A stretch of DNA of 32,000 bases from Candidatus Saccharimonadota bacterium. Its GTDB lineage: Bacteria; Patescibacteriota; Gracilibacteria; BD1-5; UBA2023. The notes beneath the pieces were generated by a model. The model was not told the origin of the DNA, did not search any database, and saw only the letters and a program-made list of their open reading frames with translations. The DNA lies in the NCBI GenBank assembly GCA_046350815.1, contig JAXLZO010000001.1, positions 1,050,001 to 1,082,000 of the forward strand, written 5' to 3'. Shown piece by piece: positions 20,158-30,846 of this stretch. The translations under genes and the position numbers were made by a program. How positions within the stretch are numbered: position 1 is the stretch's first letter; the number at the start of each line of letters is the position of its first letter.

Positions 20158-22695
20158 ATGAAACATATACTTGGATCGCTCTTGATATTTCTCTGTTTTG
20201 GATTTTTTAGTCTCCAAACAGTATGAGCATCTCCAAGTAGTCCGGATTATGGTGAGAGTATTCCATGATGACCAAGTGCATGAGTTTATACGCTTACTGG
20301 GACATTGAACAGTAATGAACTGGGGAGGATATATATATCTGCAACTTGAGCATCAAGATGACTCTTCTATGATAAAAACTCATACGGTCTTACAGGTAGC
20401 ATTTATTCAACAGGAATTGGACTCATCGAAATTACCAGTCTTAATAATCCATCATTCGTAAGTGGAGTGAAAGTATGTGACGGGCAAGATCTTGCAAGTA
20501 TAACAGTAGATTGCAATATTACCTGATCAGGGGGATGAGTAATCACTCTCTACAGTCCAGCTATCGGAACTCTTACTGGATCAGTAAGTGGAAAAGTAGA
20601 CTCCTTTACAAAAGAGATCAAAAATCTTACCTTTACCAATATTGGTTTTTGAACACCAATACTATCGCTCTCAGGTATCAATCTTGTACCAAAAGCAACC
20701 AATCTCACATGATGAGACTTTGGAACAGGAGTATACTATACAAATCACTCAGGAAGTATTCAGATATTCAACGATGGCACACTCTCAAGTAATACAAAAT
20801 CTATCAGACTCACACCAACAACGCTCAGTGGATCGATAACCAATATCATCAAAGATTATTCTACTACAACAGATACTTTCATATGAGTAGATATCTCTAT
20901 TGCTGGAAACTACCTCTATGAAATGAATATAGACGGCGTGATTTCCCGTGGACTCATCAAAGTAATTGCAAGTGAAGTGGGGACTACACTTTATTCAACA
21001 AGTACAACTTTTTTCAAACAATACTGTTTCGATAATAAAACAGATACATCAACCAACTATCAAAGTACGTGTCCAGAGAAGGATAGTCTCAAAGCAAGTA
21101 AAGTAAAGTCTGATTCGAGCATAAAACAGGCAAACAATAATGACAAGAATCCAATCATATTAAGCCTAAGGGATCAATATGGAAATAGAATATCAAGCAT
21201 TCCGCTTTATCTTGCAATAGATGTCAAAAGAACTCTGAAGAATGGACAACTCTTAAAAATAGATATCCCGAACGAGCTAAGATGAATTACTCCTGTAGCA
21301 TTACCAGGACTTGATGGGCTGAGGATTCCGCAATCAGACTGGAGCGGTACAACTTCATCACCAATAAATTATCCAGATTATGCAATGGAATCAGACAAAG
21401 ATCTTCTCATAGAACTTTTCTCATCAGCATCATGAAGCTTACAAGTAGAATGGAAAGCAAAAACTCGAAATATCTTTGGTTGATCATCTACTGATATTGG
21501 ATCAGAAACAACCCTATCAACATGAGATATCACTTTCGAATGACTTATAAAAACGAATAGCTTCATTATAAGCCCAACCAACCCTATTCTCCGCAACCGA
21601 GAATCAGTCTTTTCTCATCAATACACGATCTCTGACTCGGGAAGCATAGTAAATCCTCATCTCGAGTACATCATCACAACCTCAAGTGGTGAGATCGTTG
21701 ATCGTATAAGATCAATAGCTACAAACACTTGTGAAGGTTATACAAATACAGGCGGAACAAGCAAACCAACTGACGACTGTAAAGCGAGAAATGAAACTAC
21801 AGTTGATCATCTTGATACCCTCTTCTGAACAGATATTCCAAAAACGAATAGTGGGACAATCGATATAGGTCTCACATTCGCGACCGGAGCGATGACAAGT
21901 ACTGGAACTAATACTGGATATCTTATTGTGATGGCTTCATATGATATTGTTTGAGTGTGAACTATTCGCTATCCTCTCGTAAAGCAACCATTCAATACGG
22001 CAGAATCCACTGGCACTATTCCACTCAAGATCCTCGGACAAATCGGAAGCAGTGATCTTGGTACGAGCATAAAATCCCTCGATCTCCTCTCATCAAATCT
22101 CCTCAACACCGAGCGAGACAAAATCCGAAAACAAGCACAAATGATGAGGCAGAATTTTGTAAATCATCCACTGATTGTTGGCTCATTAACGGATATACCA
22201 AACCAAGTTTATATCGTCGAATGAGATATATATATCAATGCTGATATTTGGCCGCCCACTCCACAAAAACCAAAAGTACTGATTGCACTGAAAAAATCGG
22301 ATGGTACAGGTGGTAATATCTGGATTAATCCAAGTGTAAAAGATATTATTGCGTCACTTATTGCTGATGGATCAATATTTAGTGGTACATGACCATCAAG
22401 CTACCACACTCCTGCAACAACGGATAATCAACTCTATATTCTGGGAAGTATTATGAGTAACAATACCATTGGATGATTCGGGCTTGGTCGATGTCCAAGA
22501 AATGCTATAGGATGTACAGAATGATGATCTGGTAATTCCTGAAACTACGATTTCGAAAAAATGAGATGATTCGATAATACTGATTCTTCGAAAAAATCCT
22601 CATGAACAACAGAAACTGCCTCATTTGTTATCGAACACGATCCTCGCCTCGTACGGGACTCCCCTCTTGTGCTTATGCGAGATCTCACGAGATAG
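20158..22695 (+). CDS. Large secreted/surface protein (845 aa), hypothetical
   Basis: ATG 20158 to TAG 22693-22695 in one frame, with roughly 28 in-frame TGAs and no TAA or TAG. Only a 120-aa piece (20923-21285) is visible in the track. Signal peptide MKHILGSLLIFLCFGFFSLQTV. The sequence is Thr/Ser/Gly/Asn-rich and beta-rich. Confidence 0.8.
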
Positions 22696-22707
22696 TATCT
22701 CAATATA

Positions 22708-22735
22708 AAAACCTCATCGTTGCGATGAGGTTTTT
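22708..22735 (+). terminator. Rho-independent terminator of the 845-aa protein gene
   Basis: Stem CCTCATCG (22712-22719) pairs with CGATGAGG (22723-22730) around a 3-nt loop, followed by TTTTT. Confidence 0.75.
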
Positions 22736-22743
22736 ATTCTTCC

Positions 22744-23032
22744 CCCCTCTTGAGGAGTGGCACACAGTGATGGGGTGGCTTGTATTGGCGCGATTAAAGG
22801 AAGTCCAACAAGTCACACAGACGCGATAATTCGGGGATGAAGAAGGGTTTGCATTTGCTTGTCATCTCGAATACATGAAATCAAGCTCACCAATCCAGTG
22901 AGCTGCATAAAAGCAGCGAATCGGAGATCCCTTATACAAGATACTCTCACTGAACTTGCAGTCGAAGGAATTTTTCTCTATTGTTCGAAAGAACAAAACT
23001 CCCCCATCCGTCATTCTGATGAAAATCAGAAT
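22744..23032 (+). repeat. Copy B (largest) of the repeated intergenic element; candidate structured non-coding RNA or mobile repeat
   Basis: CCCCTCTTGAGGAGTGG (22744-22760) and GGGGTGG. Arm GTCATCTCGAATA (22861-22873), internal hairpin AGCTCAC-CAATCCA-GTGAGCT, and core 22924-22958 (34/35 identical to copy A). Arm TGTTCGAAAGAAC (22982-22994) and an 8-bp GAAA-tetraloop hairpin at 23013-23032. Confidence 0.6.
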
Positions 23033-23172
23033 CTTCCATTTCAATTTCCATAACAAGAATTTTTCAAAGAATATCTAAGGAAAAATTCAAAACATCACTA
23101 CAACCAAATATTACATTTATTCAAGTCTAATTTCGTGCAATTTCTGAAAAAATATGATGAAATAATGGGTAT

Positions 23173-25800
23173 ATGTACAAGAAAATTCTTTCATTCGTAT
23201 CTATCTTGGTATTGCTTCTCAGCAACACCTCATATTTATGGGCGCAAGGGCTCGTGGAAGATTCACAAATTACAAAAGAAAATATCAGCACCAAAAAAGA
23301 AATCTGAGAGCAAGAGAGGAAGGTTTCCATCGATCAGATCAAGTCAACACCGCTTGCTGATCTCATAGAGGAGTGAGAAATCACAACCAAACCAAGCGAA
23401 GAGATATCAGGAGATAAACTCATCCTTCCCAATGGAATGAAACTCAAAGGCATAGTAAAGGGTGGAAAAATTGAAGCAAAAATAGCACCAGAAACAAGTA
23501 TCGACATTGCCGGGAGTAGTGATGCTATCAAGACAAGTGACATAGGTATTACTCCCGTGAGCAAGGATGAAGAACAAAAAGCAATCAACGACGCATCGAA
23601 TGAGTCGAATGTAAGTTTTTTTGATACCCTACAATCATTGATCCTCCCAACAGCGAACGCTGCCGAAGCAAAAGCAAAACCAAATAACCAGTTTACCTTT
23701 GAGCTTGGAACAAAGTGAAAGCATCTCATTTTTAGTAAGCCAGTCGAAGTCAAAGTACGAACACCGTATGTTGATGGACAAAAATTTCGAATTCGAGTAC
23801 GTCATGCAAATGATAAAAACTATAATACTTCAGGACTCACACTCAATGCAAATGCAACGTGTGATAAAAAAGGATGAGTTTCCAATGAATCAAATATTGC
23901 TTATGCAAAAGATGGATATATCACCTTCTATACCTGCTGAGCATCATCATTCACAATTAATACGAGTGGAGGTACAACCGTGAATAATGGACTCAAAGTT
24001 GTCGTCGGAGATTGTGCTCAAACACAGATCACCTATATTAATAATGCTCAGGTATATGGCGGTGCTGTACCATGATCTGGATGTGGTACGCCATCATCAT
24101 GGCCAGCGCTTCGTATAGGAACTACAACCTATGCAAATGCTATCGGAACATCATTCACATCAGCAAATACTCGCGGTTATCAAAATGGTACGACCTATAC
24201 AGCTATCACAGATATCAATGTACTCCATACCAATGGGCTCTACTATAACCTCAAAATAGACTGGAACTACAATGCGCCAGATGATTTTTTTACCTGGAAA
24301 TGGACGATTAATATTCCAAGTGGAAATACCGATACAGTAAAATTCTACTATGCTATGGATTCATTCATTGGATGAGATGATGCTGGCGATGCAGGCTTCT
24401 ACGATGTATCTACTCAAAAAGTAGGAATTTGGGACTCTACCGACAAAATTGCAAATACCTTTCGAGTCACAAGTGGTCTCCCTCTCACCGCATATGAAGT
24501 AAAATGATATGCAACTATCAATAGCGATACCGCAAGTGGATTAGACTATGACAACTCACTTGCAGGAGCGGCTGATAATGGTCTTGGTTTGCAATGGACA
24601 GTCTGATCAACCCCTGGTGAATACAGTGCTACCAATGAGTGGGCATACATACCGTACGGCAGCTCTGGAACACCCGATCTACAGACAAGACTATCATGAC
24701 CAACAGCAACATTTGTAGTCAATCAAGAATCTACTATCACAGCAACCGCATATAATGCCGCATCTGGAAATTCGAATGGCAATAAAAGAATTCGATTTAC
24801 ACTTCCAGTGTGATTTACTGGATCAAGCATTGCAATGACAAACAATGGATGGTCCTGCGCAGCATTCGTACCAGCAACACGAATTGTTGACTGTACAAAA
24901 AATTTTACTCTCACAGGAAATACATCAGATACTGTCACTATTCCACTCACTCCATGAGTGACAACTGGGGGGACCAATGTTACCTATACAGCAGCTATTG
25001 CGCGTCTAAGCGGATCCACCGATAGCCCAAATAACAATAACACAGCATCACGAGTCGAACCAGTATCATCAACGGTACTCGATACAACTGCCCCAACTTT
25101 TACTTCTGTCTCAGTTGCTGATAATAAACTCATTGGTGGTGGAACATTTAATGTTGTATATGGATATTCTGATAATATAGCCATCAATTCATGAAGCATT
25201 CAATGATCACTCTACAAATGGAATGTGGCTACAAGTAGTTATATTCTCTATACACCCTCTACAGCCCTCACATTTACTGGGACAACACTCACTGGAACAA
25301 CTGCCAAAATAACAGGTATACCCATGTGAAAATACCGTCTCGATACAACTATCGTCGATACGAGCAACAATCAAACAACCAATAGTCGAACACTCTATAT
25401 TGATGCCCTTCTGATGAATGTATCCGCAGACACCTATGATATCGACAATGTAAGTATGTCACCACCAGCATTGGAGCAAATCATCACGGTATCGACTGTA
25501 TGAGCAGCGTTTACTATCAAAATCAATGGAACAACCCTCACAGCATGAGCCGATAGTATTGCAACCTACAGTGGCAGTACGTGATGGGGATACCACACCG
25601 AGAGTGGAGGAATTTACACCCTTACACCGATAGCACCATCAGGTGGCACTGTCTACAGCCAGTGAGCTTCAATCAACACAAATGGAGAATACAATATCTA
25701 TACATTCAAATTAAAATACAGCGGGGTTGTCAATGATGAACAAGCAATTGGTGACTATACTGGAAGCCTCAGTGTCACAGTTACAGGCGATTACCCATAA
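23173..25800 (+). CDS. Large secreted surface protein (875 aa) with a DUF11-like 'conserved repeat' domain
   Basis: ATG 23173 to TAA 25798-25800 in one frame, with roughly 19 in-frame TGAs. It contains track ORFs 23437-23718 and 24958-25194. Signal peptide MYKKILSFVSILVLLLSNTSYLWAQG. The segment TATAYNAASG...FTLPVGFTGSS...GWSC....VDCT..FTLTGN.SDTVTIPLTPG...TYTAAI....DSPNNNNTAS fits the DUF11/TIGR01451 pattern. Confidence 0.8.
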
Positions 25801-25852
25801 TAGTCTTCACCTTTAAATATTCAACAATCCGTTCTATTGGTCTTACAAGTAT

Positions 25853-26740
25853 CTATTTATCCAAACTTTGCTCAATTTTTATAAGTTCTTTTTGTAAAAC
25901 AGGTGTTGCAAAGCTTATTCAAGGAGTCATATCTATGATAGCTGTGTTGATGCCCACAACACGACCATCCAATCCTACGAGTGGTCATCAAGAACTACCT
26001 GGATGAATCGTAGCATCAGTCTGAATGAATCATTTTGAAAAATTATTCGCAGTGAATATTCGATCAATAGCAGAGACGACTCACATACTCATAGTGTTTG
26101 GAAGAGTAAGCAAAGGATTGCCGAATGCAAGCACGACACTTCCTGGATGGATATTGCTGTGTGAAGCAATATCCAAAAAGGCATCATGCACATACAAATT
26201 ATGCTCCTCATCATAGACCTGCAGCAAAGCAAGATCAGACCCACTTGCATCTGACCAAACCATTTTTGCATCCAATTTTCGACCACCCGATACAACCACG
26301 ATATATTCAGAAGATGAACTTTCCACAACATGTGCACTTGTCAGAACATATTTTCCACCAAGTACAAAAAAGCCAGATCCACCAGACAATTGCTTTTTCG
26401 TTCCATTATGCATCAAATACCATGGATTCGCTTCGTAAAAATCAATATCTTGTTTTGCAACGATGGATACAAGAGCTGGATTGATCTTTGCAGAAATGTC
26501 AACGAGCTCAGTAGAAAATTGTTGCAAATTCGATGCTTGAATTAATTGAGTATGAGGATCAAAAAAATAAAAGTAAATCATTCCAGTGATGAAACTGATT
26601 TGCAATACAAACAAAACTCCAACTCAACTCATCAAATGTGACTGTTTCATACAGGGAAGAAAAGAGGGAAATATTGTACACAAAAGAAACAAAGCTCCAA
26701 ACGCACGTAGCAGAACAAAATACTCATCTTTGCTTTGCAT
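25853..26740 (-). CDS. Membrane-anchored trypsin-like serine protease (S1C/HtrA-like, no obvious PDZ domain)
   Basis: This frame contains track ORF 26081-26614 and continues through TGAs to TAG 25855-25853. The catalytic triad contexts are TSAHVV, SDLALLQV and HPGSSGGPL, with the GG encoded by TGA-TGA at 25985-25990. The start is uncertain: ATG 26740, 26650 or 26632. Confidence 0.82.
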
Positions 26741-26775
26741 TTTTACAAAATTTCCATAGACTCCAGCGGTTGTTT

Positions 26776-26863
26776 GGAGAGGTCGCATAGTGGCCTAGTG
26801 CGCACGCTTGGAAAGCGTGTATACCGCAAGGTATCGGGGGTTCGAATCCCCCTCTCTCCGCCA
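26776..26863 (+). tRNA. tRNA-Ser (anticodon GGA), CCA encoded
   Basis: Cloverleaf by eye: acceptor GGAGAGG/TCTCTCC, anticodon stem CACGC/GCGTG with loop TTGGAAA, long variable arm TATACCGCAAGGTATC, T-arm GGGGG-TTCGAAT-CCCCC, then discriminator G and CCA. Confidence 0.9.
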
Positions 26864-26884
26864 TAATTATCAAAAGAAAATGTT

Positions 26885-26904
26885 ATCCTCGCGAAAGCGG
26901 GGAT
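26885..26904 (+). repeat. GC-rich hairpin repeat (copy 2) in the tRNA-Ser/tRNA-Ser spacer
   Basis: ATCCTCGC-GAAA-GCGGGGAT forms an 8-bp stem with a GNRA loop. It matches 10521-10540 including flanking bases. Confidence 0.6.
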
Positions 26905-26913
26905 CTACTATAT

Positions 26914-27001
26914 GGAGGGGTGCTAGAGTGGTTGAATAGGCTGGTCTCGAAAACCAGTATGGCGAAAGTCATCGTGGGTTCGAATCCCATCTCCTCCGCC
27001 A
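26914..27001 (+). tRNA. tRNA-Ser (anticodon CGA), CCA encoded
   Basis: Acceptor GGAGGGG/CTCCTCC, anticodon stem CTGGT/ACCAG with loop CTCGAAA, long variable arm TATGGCGAAAGTCATC, T-arm GTGGG-TTCGAAT-CCCAT, then G and CCA. Confidence 0.9.
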
Positions 27002-27103
27002 TCAGAAATTGAATCAATATCATACATGAGAAGTACAATCCAGCGAACAAAGCAATCATTGTGAGTCAGAAATCCTATCCACTCCACTATAGGAGAAAAA
27101 ATA

Positions 27104-27134
27104 AAGTGTAGTAACCTAAGTTGCTACACTTTTC
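27104..27134 (+). terminator. Putative terminator downstream of the tRNA pair
   Basis: Stem AAGTGTAGTAAC pairs with GTTGCTACACTT (one G-U pair) around loop CTAA, followed by a short T-run. Confidence 0.5.
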
Positions 27135-27188
27135 AAATATATTCGACTATTCATTGCTTTTTGTTAATATAGAATCTTCAAACACTCC

Positions 27189-27857
27189 ATGAAACACCGT
27201 TGGATAAGAGGCATAAAAATCGTTCTTCCTATTATCCTGCTTACTAGTTGGATTATTTTATTTCTTATACCACTTCTCTTTATATCTTACGAGGAACCAA
27301 AAACGATAGAATGACGAGTTGCACTAGTACTCGGAACGGCACCAGAAACAAAAAATGGAGGACACAACAGGTATTTTGATGGGAGAATTCGTACAGCATC
27401 CTATCTCTATCAATCATGAAAAATTGATTGCATACTCGCAAGCGGCGATAATGCGAATGCAAACTACAATGAACCAAAGTACATGGAGGAAGCACTTATG
27501 AAAGAGGGAATTCCCAGTGAACGAATCTATCTTGATTATGCAGGTTTTCGAACACTTGACTCCCTCAAGAGAGCAAATGAGATTTTTCAACTTAGTAGTT
27601 TTTATATTGTCACACAACCATTTCATGCTACACGAGCACAGATGCTCTCTCAAACTCTTGGATTTCAAACACAAAGAGCTCTAGCACCATGACAAAACAT
27701 TCGTGATATTCGTGTTTATCTGCGTGAAATTGGAGCGCGGATGATGATGTATATCGATATATTCTTTGATCGTAATGCACATGTAGGTTGAGAACCCATA
27801 GATATTAATTTTGACAGTATAGATGCAACAGGAAAGACATGTTCTGTACGTAAATAA
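27189..27857 (+). CDS. sanA: SanA/YdcF-family (DUF218) membrane protein
   Basis: ATG 27189 to TAA 27855-27857 with four in-frame TGAs; it contains track ORF 27483-27692. N-terminal TM helix, then LVLGT...RIRTASYLYQSGKIDCILASGDN....YNEPKYMEEAL...GIP..RIYLDYAGFRTLDS..RA.EIF......IVTQPFH..RA, a close match to the SanA pattern. Confidence 0.85.
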
Positions 27858-27871
27858 TAACTTTAAGAATA

Positions 27872-28759
27872 ATGAAGAAAATAAATCGAAATAACTTGCC
27901 AAAAGATTTTCTCTACTATCGAAGCTCTGACAAGGCATTCATTGCGTGTGTAGAACATTTAAATAACGGCAATATCCATCTTATTCAGCTATCCAATTAT
28001 GAAACCGGTTGGATCAAGAAATTCTTCCATGGGAAGTTTGCGCTCGCAAGATTTGAAAAAGTCGATACAGAGCCAACAATCGAAGCTATTCAAGCAACGT
28101 GAGTAAAACATGGTATTATCTTTTGGACACCATGGCGAACAACAGAAACTCCGATGGGTTGGAAAAAACTTCCAAAACCAATCGCTAAAAATCTTATCGA
28201 ATCCACACGAATGGGTTGGAGTGAAATTCTATCTGAAGATTTTTATAAAGATTGGAAATGAAGTGCTCGATGGACACACAAGAAAGCATTGCAGCTTATC
28301 GATGATAAAGTGATTAATATTCAAGAAGTAGACGCAACAACCTGGTGAGAGAGCTATAAAAAGAGTCCGAAAAAATTTACAAACCGACCCATCTATGAAC
28401 AAGTACAACAATACATCAGCAAAAATTACAGAAAATCACTCAGACACTACCTTGCTTATGTTCAATGAGAACCTCTTGCATGAATACTTTTACTTGATCA
28501 AAATACAGGAAATAACAAGATAACCACAACAACTTATCTTGCTGCCTTTCTGGAAGAGAAATGAAAGCCCTATTGTCTCGGTACTGCTCTCATCGATAGA
28601 GCTATGACCGACAGCTACAAAAAAGGCATTAAATATTTTAATTTTGATCACTTTCGTGATGAGGGACAGATAGCAAGTTTTCAAGGATTTACAGATTTCA
28701 AGGAAAAAATAGCTCAATATGATACCAATTTTCACGATATGTGGATTCGATGGTTCTAA
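27872..28759 (+). CDS. GNAT-fold / FemAB-like acyltransferase-family protein (tentative)
   Basis: ATG 27872 to TAA 28757-28759, joining track ORFs 27872-28102 and 28110-28313 and later pieces through six in-frame TGAs. The C-terminal segment G..YCLGTALIDRAM.DSYKKGIKYFNFDHFRDEGQIASFQGFTDFKEKI resembles the FemAB/Acetyltransf_6 C-terminal motif. The assignment is weak. Confidence 0.45.
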
Positions 28760-28774
28760 ATGTACAAATTAAAT

Positions 28775-28801
28775 AAAAAACACCTAAAGTAGGTGTTTTT
28801 T
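28775..28801. terminator. Bidirectional terminator between convergent genes
   Basis: AAAAAACACCTA-AAG-TAGGTGTTTTTT, a stem flanked by an A-run and a T-run. Confidence 0.65.
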
Positions 28802-29183
28802 ATTTCCAGAACTTCCATCAAGTCTTTGTTTCTTGATTATTGCTATTCAATGATGGCTCTTGATTTATCATATCTCAATTTTCATCGTACAATTCCCCCT
28901 CATCACCTTGTGCATGAGCATTAAGAGTTTTTGCAGCTTGCGCCATTTTAATAATAGTACTAGTATTTGGATTTTTGGTATATATTTCACCACGATCCTC
29001 ATAATACCAAAGAGGATAAATACCTTCTGAAGAGACAAAAATATAGTCTTTTTCGGTATTATTAGGATCTTGCCTGATAGTTTCATCTGTCCGAACGTAG
29101 TCATTCCATTCTTCAAGAGTAATTCTTTCACCATCGTCATCAAACCAATTTTCTTTGCGAGTTATATGCACATTATATCACAT
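28800..29183 (-). CDS. Hypothetical protein (127 aa)
   Basis: ATG 29183, the first start after an upstream TAA, reached through TGA 29178-29180. The body is track ORF 28875-29171. Under code 25 it reads through TGA 28875-28877 and one further TGA (28812-28814) to TAA 28802-28800. Acidic and Trp/Tyr-rich, with no motif recognised. Confidence 0.5.
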
Positions 29184-29208
29184 AGATTTTTAGTTTTATT
29201 GACATAAA

Positions 29209-30276
29209 TTACTCAGCTGCATCAACCGAACGAACGCTAATGGAATATCCAAGAAGTTCTGATGCAAGGTTCACATTTACACCACCCTTTCCAAGCACCT
29301 TTGGTTTTTCTTCTTCACTCACATAAGCAATAATACTGCGATTCTCTTCATCTACTTCACATCGAATAACATCACCTGGAACGAGCGACTCTTTTGCGAG
29401 CTCTGCCATATCAGGAGTATAGTTGATAATATCAAGTTTCTCACCAGAAATCTCATCAACTACGGCACGTACACGGATACCCTTTGGTCCGATCATACAT
29501 CCAGCAGGATCCACCTCATCGAATTCCGTACCGACAATTACCTTTGTTTTTACTCCTGGAATACGAGCAATAGCAACTATTTCAATCGTACCATCTTCAA
29601 GCTCTGGAACATGCATCTCAAAGAGTTTGACAACAAAATCTTTGTCTTTTCGGGTAAGAGTTACACGTGGCCCCTCAACAAGATCATTATTCACTGACTT
29701 CACATATACATGCATACGTGAACCAGGGGTTGGCTTATCGAGCGATGTTTGCTCGGATTTTGGAAGAATCACCTGGTTGCCGTTGAAATCAAGTACGACT
29801 TTCTTATTCTCAATCATTTCAACTTTAAGCGAAAGCACCTCTCCAACCTTATCCTTGAAAAGATCATAAATCTTCTCCTTCTCAGTCTCTTGAATTTTTG
29901 ATACAATCACCTGACGAGCAACCTGTGAAGCAATGCGACCAAATCCATCATTTGACAATACATCATCAGTAACGTCAATTTCAACCACATCACCAATAGT
30001 ATACCCTGACTCCTCACCTCCAAGTTCTTCAAGGGTAATTTCAAGATCCTCATCCATGAGGTCATCAGCAGCAACAACTGTTTTTTCAACGGACATTTCA
30101 AAGCTATTTTTTTCAAAATCAAGAACAACATTTACATTCATATCTTTTGATCCAAAATCACGCTTATAAGCACTCTTGAGAGCAGCCTCAACAACACCAT
30201 AAAGCTTTTCCTTTGGAATTTTCTTCTCAAGTGCAATCTGGGATACAGCTGCATCTATAAGTTTAAGGTCAAGCAT
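29209..30276 (-). CDS. nusA: Transcription termination/antitermination factor NusA
   Basis: Intact 355-aa ORF with no TGA. N-terminal NusA domain (IALEKKIPKEKLYGVVEAALKSAYKR), S1 domain and two KH domains (..GPKGIRVRAV.., ..LGKGGVNVNLASEL..). Confidence 0.93.
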   Translation of the reverse strand: MLDLKLIDAAVSQIALEKKIPKEKLYGVVEAALKSAYKRDFGSKDMNVNVVLDFEKNSFEMSVEKTVVAADDLMDEDLEITLEELGGEESGYTIGDVVEIDVTDDVLSNDGFGRIASQVARQVIVSKIQETEKEKIYDLFKDKVGEVLSLKVEMIENKKVVLDFNGNQVILPKSEQTSLDKPTPGSRMHVYVKSVNNDLVEGPRVTLTRKDKDFVVKLFEMHVPELEDGTIEIVAIARIPGVKTKVIVGTEFDEVDPAGCMIGPKGIRVRAVVDEISGEKLDIINYTPDMAELAKESLVPGDVIRCEVDEENRSIIAYVSEEEKPKVLGKGGVNVNLASELLGYSISVRSVDAAE

Positions 30277-30298
30277 AATTCAATGATAAAATGATATT

Positions 30299-30329
30299 TA
30301 TAAGAAAAAGTTTGGATCACTCCAAACTT
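30299..30329 (-). terminator. Rho-independent terminator after bcp
   Basis: Stem AAGTTTGGA (30308-30316) pairs with TCCAAACTT (30321-30329) around loop TCAC. A minus-strand T-run CTTTTTCTT follows. Confidence 0.6.
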
Positions 30330-30374
30330 CTGACACACAAAGGTTATGTATTTTTCTTTTTTTTGCAAGATTTA

Positions 30375-30836
30375 TTATAGAATTTCTTTTGTTTCACGCA
30401 GTACTTTCTCGGCATGACCAGTAGCGCGGACATTTTTCCATGTCTTGAGGATATTTCCCTCGCTATCGAGAAGAAAACTAGATCGAATAAGTCAAAAAAT
30501 TATTTTTCCATACATATTTTTCTCACCCATCACCGAGAATGAATCCACAAGATATCCATCATCAGCTATGAGATCAAGTCAGATACCACATGAAGACTGA
30601 AAATTCGCATGGGAATCACCACTATCTTTCGATACACCGATAACCTGAACTCCAAGAGAGAGAAAGTCCGAAGATAAACGAGTAAAATCCTGACCTTCCA
30701 ACGTACAACCGGGAGTATTATCCTTCGGGTAGAAATAAAGAAGTGTATACTTTGATCATGAAAGCAATTCACCATATGATATTTGTACATGATTTCCTCA
30801 CTTTTTTGTAAGAGAGAGAAGAGTATTTTTATCCAT
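30375..30836 (-). CDS. bcp: Thiol peroxidase / peroxiredoxin, Bcp (AhpC-TSA) family
   Basis: ATG 30836 to TAA 30377-30375 with four in-frame TGAs. LLYFYPKDNTPGCTLEGQDF carries the peroxidatic Cys motif, followed by VIGVSKDS..SH..F and GHAEKVL. Track ORF 30566-30907 is an out-of-frame artefact. Confidence 0.85.
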
Positions 30837-30846
30837 AGAAATAATA

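Noticed and set aside
22641-22680. Diversity-generating retroelement idea: GATCCTCGC and CCCCTCTTG near the 3' end of the 845-aa gene echo the intergenic repeat motifs (a possible VR/TR pair)
   Set aside because: The matches are only 9-10 nt, there is no adenine-specific mismatch pattern, and the window contains no reverse transcriptase.
23016-23022. CUGAUGA as a hammerhead ribozyme core
   Set aside because: It is simply the 5' strand plus loop of a plain 8-bp GAAA-tetraloop hairpin (ATTCTGAT-GAAA-ATCAGAAT). There is no three-way junction and no cleavage-site context.
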